Shown piece by piece: positions 60,781 through 64,000 of a stretch of 64,000 nucleotides of DNA. Source of the stretch: Camelus ferus (taxonomy: Eukaryota); assembly GCF_009834535.1 (NCBI RefSeq), contig NC_045697.1, positions 113,524,001 through 113,588,000 on the forward strand. Reading direction: 5' to 3'. The first letter of the stretch is position 1, and each line of letters starts with the position of its first letter. Under the pieces are notes generated by a model. The model had not been told where the DNA came from and did not search any database. It saw only the letters and a list, made by a program, of their open reading frames with translations. Position numbers and translations under genes: made by a program.

Positions 60781-62599
60781 CCCAAATGCTCCTATCATAG
60801 GAGCATTCCTGACAAATTAAATGAAAAATCGTGGGCTGTCAAATGACACATAACAGTCCATAAGAACTGTGTGCTCCCTGACCTGCCAAGCCGTAAAAGT
60901 GTGCACAGTGGCAATTCACAGCCAAGGTAAAATCTAACATCAAGGTAGCTTTCTAAATGTTGGCATTATATTACCGTCATTAAGGGTTCAACATGATTGA
61001 CCTCTTATATGATTTTGACTATAAATATCTGGTTTTCTGAAGGAATCAAAGTTTCGAAGTTGTGTAATTAATCTAAACTCAGGCAAGAGAGGATGGATTT
61101 GGTGGTGGCTCAAGTGCACATGCAGAATATGGCTTTGGCCCAATCATGTCACATCTCCTTGCTTCAGCTTTCAGGCGACTGCCGTAGTCCACTCAGTGAA
61201 GACGCGGAAAGCCCCAGAGGAACTTCTTTGAGTTCTCCTGATTATTGTTCAGCCTTTGGAGGCCTGTAGAGTCTGTTCAGAATGCTCCAAATGTCTTAGA
61301 GGGATTTCTCTAGGTCCTCCCCAGCCCTCCCCAAAGGGCCAGCTGTCTTCTATTTAGGGAGAGGATGCCTTTCAAAGACGGTTATGTCTTAAATCCCCTG
61401 ATAACATTCTACAAAAGAACCTACACACTCAGCACAAAACCTTGTGTTCAGACTCACCTTGTGGCTGTGACTCCCCAGCCCAGATAAGGACAGCATAAGC
61501 CCCCCAAACCTTCAGCTGCTTCATCCTCTTGCCTGTGTGTGGTAGGTGTCTCCTCCCGCTGGACCACCAGGGATGAACTCAGTCCTTAATCTCGTCTCTC
61601 CAAAGAAGCTAGATGATGTCTGGAATTTGGATTTGTAGATTGTTTTTTTTTTTTTTCCTTTACGTCTTGAATGGCCTTTAACAACGATGTATTTTTTTGT
61701 CCTTATCCAGCCTGCTTTTACTGTTGGGGTGGAGACACGTTATCATGACTTTCTATCTCATAATGAGAAGAGGAAACTTGTGCCATAGGCTTTTGCTTAT
61801 TAAAAATGTTAACACATACCTAAACTTTTACAAAATTCAGGTTCAACCTCATCCAATATTTTCTATGTGGAGCAATGTTATAATCTCTCTGTTCTACATA
61901 ATAAAAGAGAGTTGATTTATTGACGATATTCTTGTGGCATTCTCTCCTTGCCATGGTGCTGAATAATGTGATTTGTGATTTTCCATCAAAATCTCTTTCT
62001 CCTTCCCTTGAGTGTTTTCCATCAAATGGCTTTTGATTAAAGTGCTCTTCAGAATAGTTACGTTCATCAAGGCTACCTTTCACTTTGCAAGGCATTTATT
62101 TAATAAAGTGATTGTAAGTAATTCAACTTTATAATTCTTGAGCTGCTTTCAAACTCACCCATTCCATTAAAGTAGGCACAGAAGGTAAATAAATCTTTTA
62201 TTTTTTTTCTGCTGGGTGAGATTAAACTCAGAGATGTCACATTCACTAGGTTTTAAAAATGAGATTGCTTTTTACTCAGTTTATGGAAAGTCTGCCTTAT
62301 ATGATCATTTATCGTGAGACTTTGACTTTAAATTTCAAAAATGTTCCATGGCTATAGAGTCATACTCACAGAATCAAGTCATATATTATTATACCTGGAA
62401 CTCAAGACTAGCTTTTGAGTGTTAAAAGAAATGCTGTTGGTTTAGTATAAATAAGGTGTGGGTCTGGGTCTCTAGAAATCATTTGCATAGGACAGTATGC
62501 TGTGGACTTCATTGAATATTAAGTCATAAGCCCTTAAAAAAGGTATGATCTTCAGATCCTATATGTATGATGTAAAATGGTACCAATGGATGCTGTGTA

Positions 62600-62860
62600 C
62601 TCAGGAAGGTTTGTGTTACAGCTGGGGACCTTCAGATGAGGAAACCTTCTGAACTTATAAAGGGGCTGCTGGTCAACCTTCCTTGATCCCAGAGGGAGAC
62701 ATTCTATATACGTTGTGCTGGTCAAGATACTGCTCTGCCCTCTGCCTTGGATGGAGAAAGCAATTTGTAGAAAGTTATTTGCTACAAAAACATCCCTTGA
62801 AATGAATGTTCAGAAGAAAATTTGTCAATATCCCTTCTTTACAAGATGTTTAGTTTTCCT
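62600..62860 (-). mobile_element. Old ERVL-type LTR fragment (probably related to 11480-11810)
   Basis: acagctgggga...gaggaaacc...ttataaaggggctgc...cccagagggagacatt. Confidence 0.5.
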
Positions 62861-63232
62861 TTGACTATTAGCATAGTTTTTTAAATACAGATCTTTCAAA
62901 GGTACTGCTCATTTTTGAGAGGTGGAGATGTCCTCATGAGCCTGAATCTTTATCAGAGGTTACCGTTTATGTTACAGGGCAACTACTAACCTACGAGAAC
63001 ACACTGCTACCCCTCTGTTTTTCAGGTAAATAGGCACTAGTCTCACAATGCAGTCTCAACGCTGGAGAATCCAAAATTACCACTCAAAAGTAAAATAAAA
63101 GGACATGGAATCAGGAATAGACACATCAAGTTTCCACGCATGATAGCAATGGCATAGGCAAAATACATAAAAACAGTTTCAAGTTTCAAAAACAAGAGCT
63201 ACCTACGTCAACAATTTTACTAACACCAAACT

Positions 63233-63349
63233 CTTTCTTTTTCTTTCTTTCTTTTTTTTTTTTTTTTGTCAGGGGGAAAAGATAATTAGGTTCATTTATT
63301 TTTCTAATGGATGCTAAGCACACACTACCACTGAGCTCTACCGTCCCCC
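63233..63349 (-). mobile_element. Camelid tRNA-SINE copy with internal deletion
   Basis: taattaggtt..ttt...aatgga|tgctaagc...ctaccactgagct; B-box segment missing. Confidence 0.85.
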
Positions 63350-64000
63350 TACTTTCATTTCTTTTTGATTTATCCCTGTTGCTATATTTCTCTGTTTATA
63401 TAACCCATCTATTTTTGCCTTTTGTGCACTTTTCCCATTATATCCTTAACATATTGGTCATAGTTATTTTGAATTACCTTTGGTAATTACTACATCTGTG
63501 TTATATCTAAATCTTTCTCTCTTTTTTTAAAACTTCTTTTTTAAAAAAATTTCTGATTGTTTTGTTTTGGGGATGGGGGAGGTAATTAGGTTTATTTATT
63601 TATTTTTAATGGAGGTACCGGGGACTAAGCCCAGTGCATGCTAAGCATGCGCTCTACCACTGAGCTCTACCCTCCCCTTCAAGGTCTTTCTGATGCTTGC
63701 TTTATCTCTTCAGACATTTTTTTTTCTTTGCACTTGCAATGCCTTGCACTCTTTTGTGTTGGAAGCTGGACATGATGAATTGGCTAATGGGGAGATAAAT
63801 AAGGCACGGATGTAAGTAATTTTGTTAATCCGGCTGGGAGTTGTTCTGTTTTTAATGAATGCTACAGCAACAGATGCCAGAGGCTTAAAGTTCTTCTCGG
63901 GTCTTTGTTTTAATCTCTCTTCTTGGCTTTGCTACTCCTCTTTGTACTGCTTCTCGAGAAGAGTCTGTGTCTTGCAGCTTTTTCTGCTGTAATTCACTGT
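63350..64000 (-). mobile_element. Old L1 5'/ORF1 region (same segment type as 59650-60010)
   Basis: ttctgatgcttgcttt(a/g)tctcttcagac shared with ~59723. Confidence 0.75.
63520..63677 (-). mobile_element. Camelid tRNA-SINE copy
   Basis: ggaggtaattaggtttatttat...atggaggtaccgggg...gcatgctaagcatgcgctctaccactgagctctaccctcccc. Confidence 0.9.

Noticed and set aside
62480..62495. Octamer ATTTGCAT as a Sox-Oct composite element
   Set aside because: The adjacent Sox half (ACAATG) is absent; a lone octamer is expected by chance in AT-rich DNA.
1..64000. L1 strand bias as evidence of a host gene orientation
   Set aside because: Antisense L1 sequence predominates, but there are at least six + strand L1 pieces and mixed LTR orientations; too weak to call.

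Overview
Mammalian, AT-rich (no CpG island), apparently non-coding window. The tRNA-Ala-derived SINE copies match, from memory, the camelid vic-1-type SINE, so the source is most likely a camelid (alpaca, llama or camel). I find no credible host protein-coding exon, RNA gene or CRISPR array; the supplied ORFs are short chance ORFs or lie inside repeats. Most of the window is layered transposable-element debris. Ancient layer: L2, CR1/L3, a probable RTE-clade relic, MIR, MER5/MER58, ERVL gag/pol relics and MLT1/LTR16-type LTRs. Later layer: old and younger L1 fragments and about ten ERV1-type solo LTRs, most with readable 4-bp target-site duplications (TSDs) and several nested. I cannot support a new biological system. 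Best leads: (i) a TACTAAC-polypyrimidine-CAG|GTAAAT motif at 62984-63031 resembling a recursive splice site, (ii) a perfect AGGTCA-N3-AGGTCA (DR3) at 10642 and a nuclear-receptor motif cluster at 2.2-2.9 kb, (iii) a solo LTR with a 24-bp CCAAT-box tandem array, (iv) a four-LTR pile-up at 27.8-30.3 kb, (v) a 24-bp perfect palindrome next to an unstable AT-rich tract. Repeat family names come from recalled consensus similarity, not a database search, and boundaries of old repeats are approximate.
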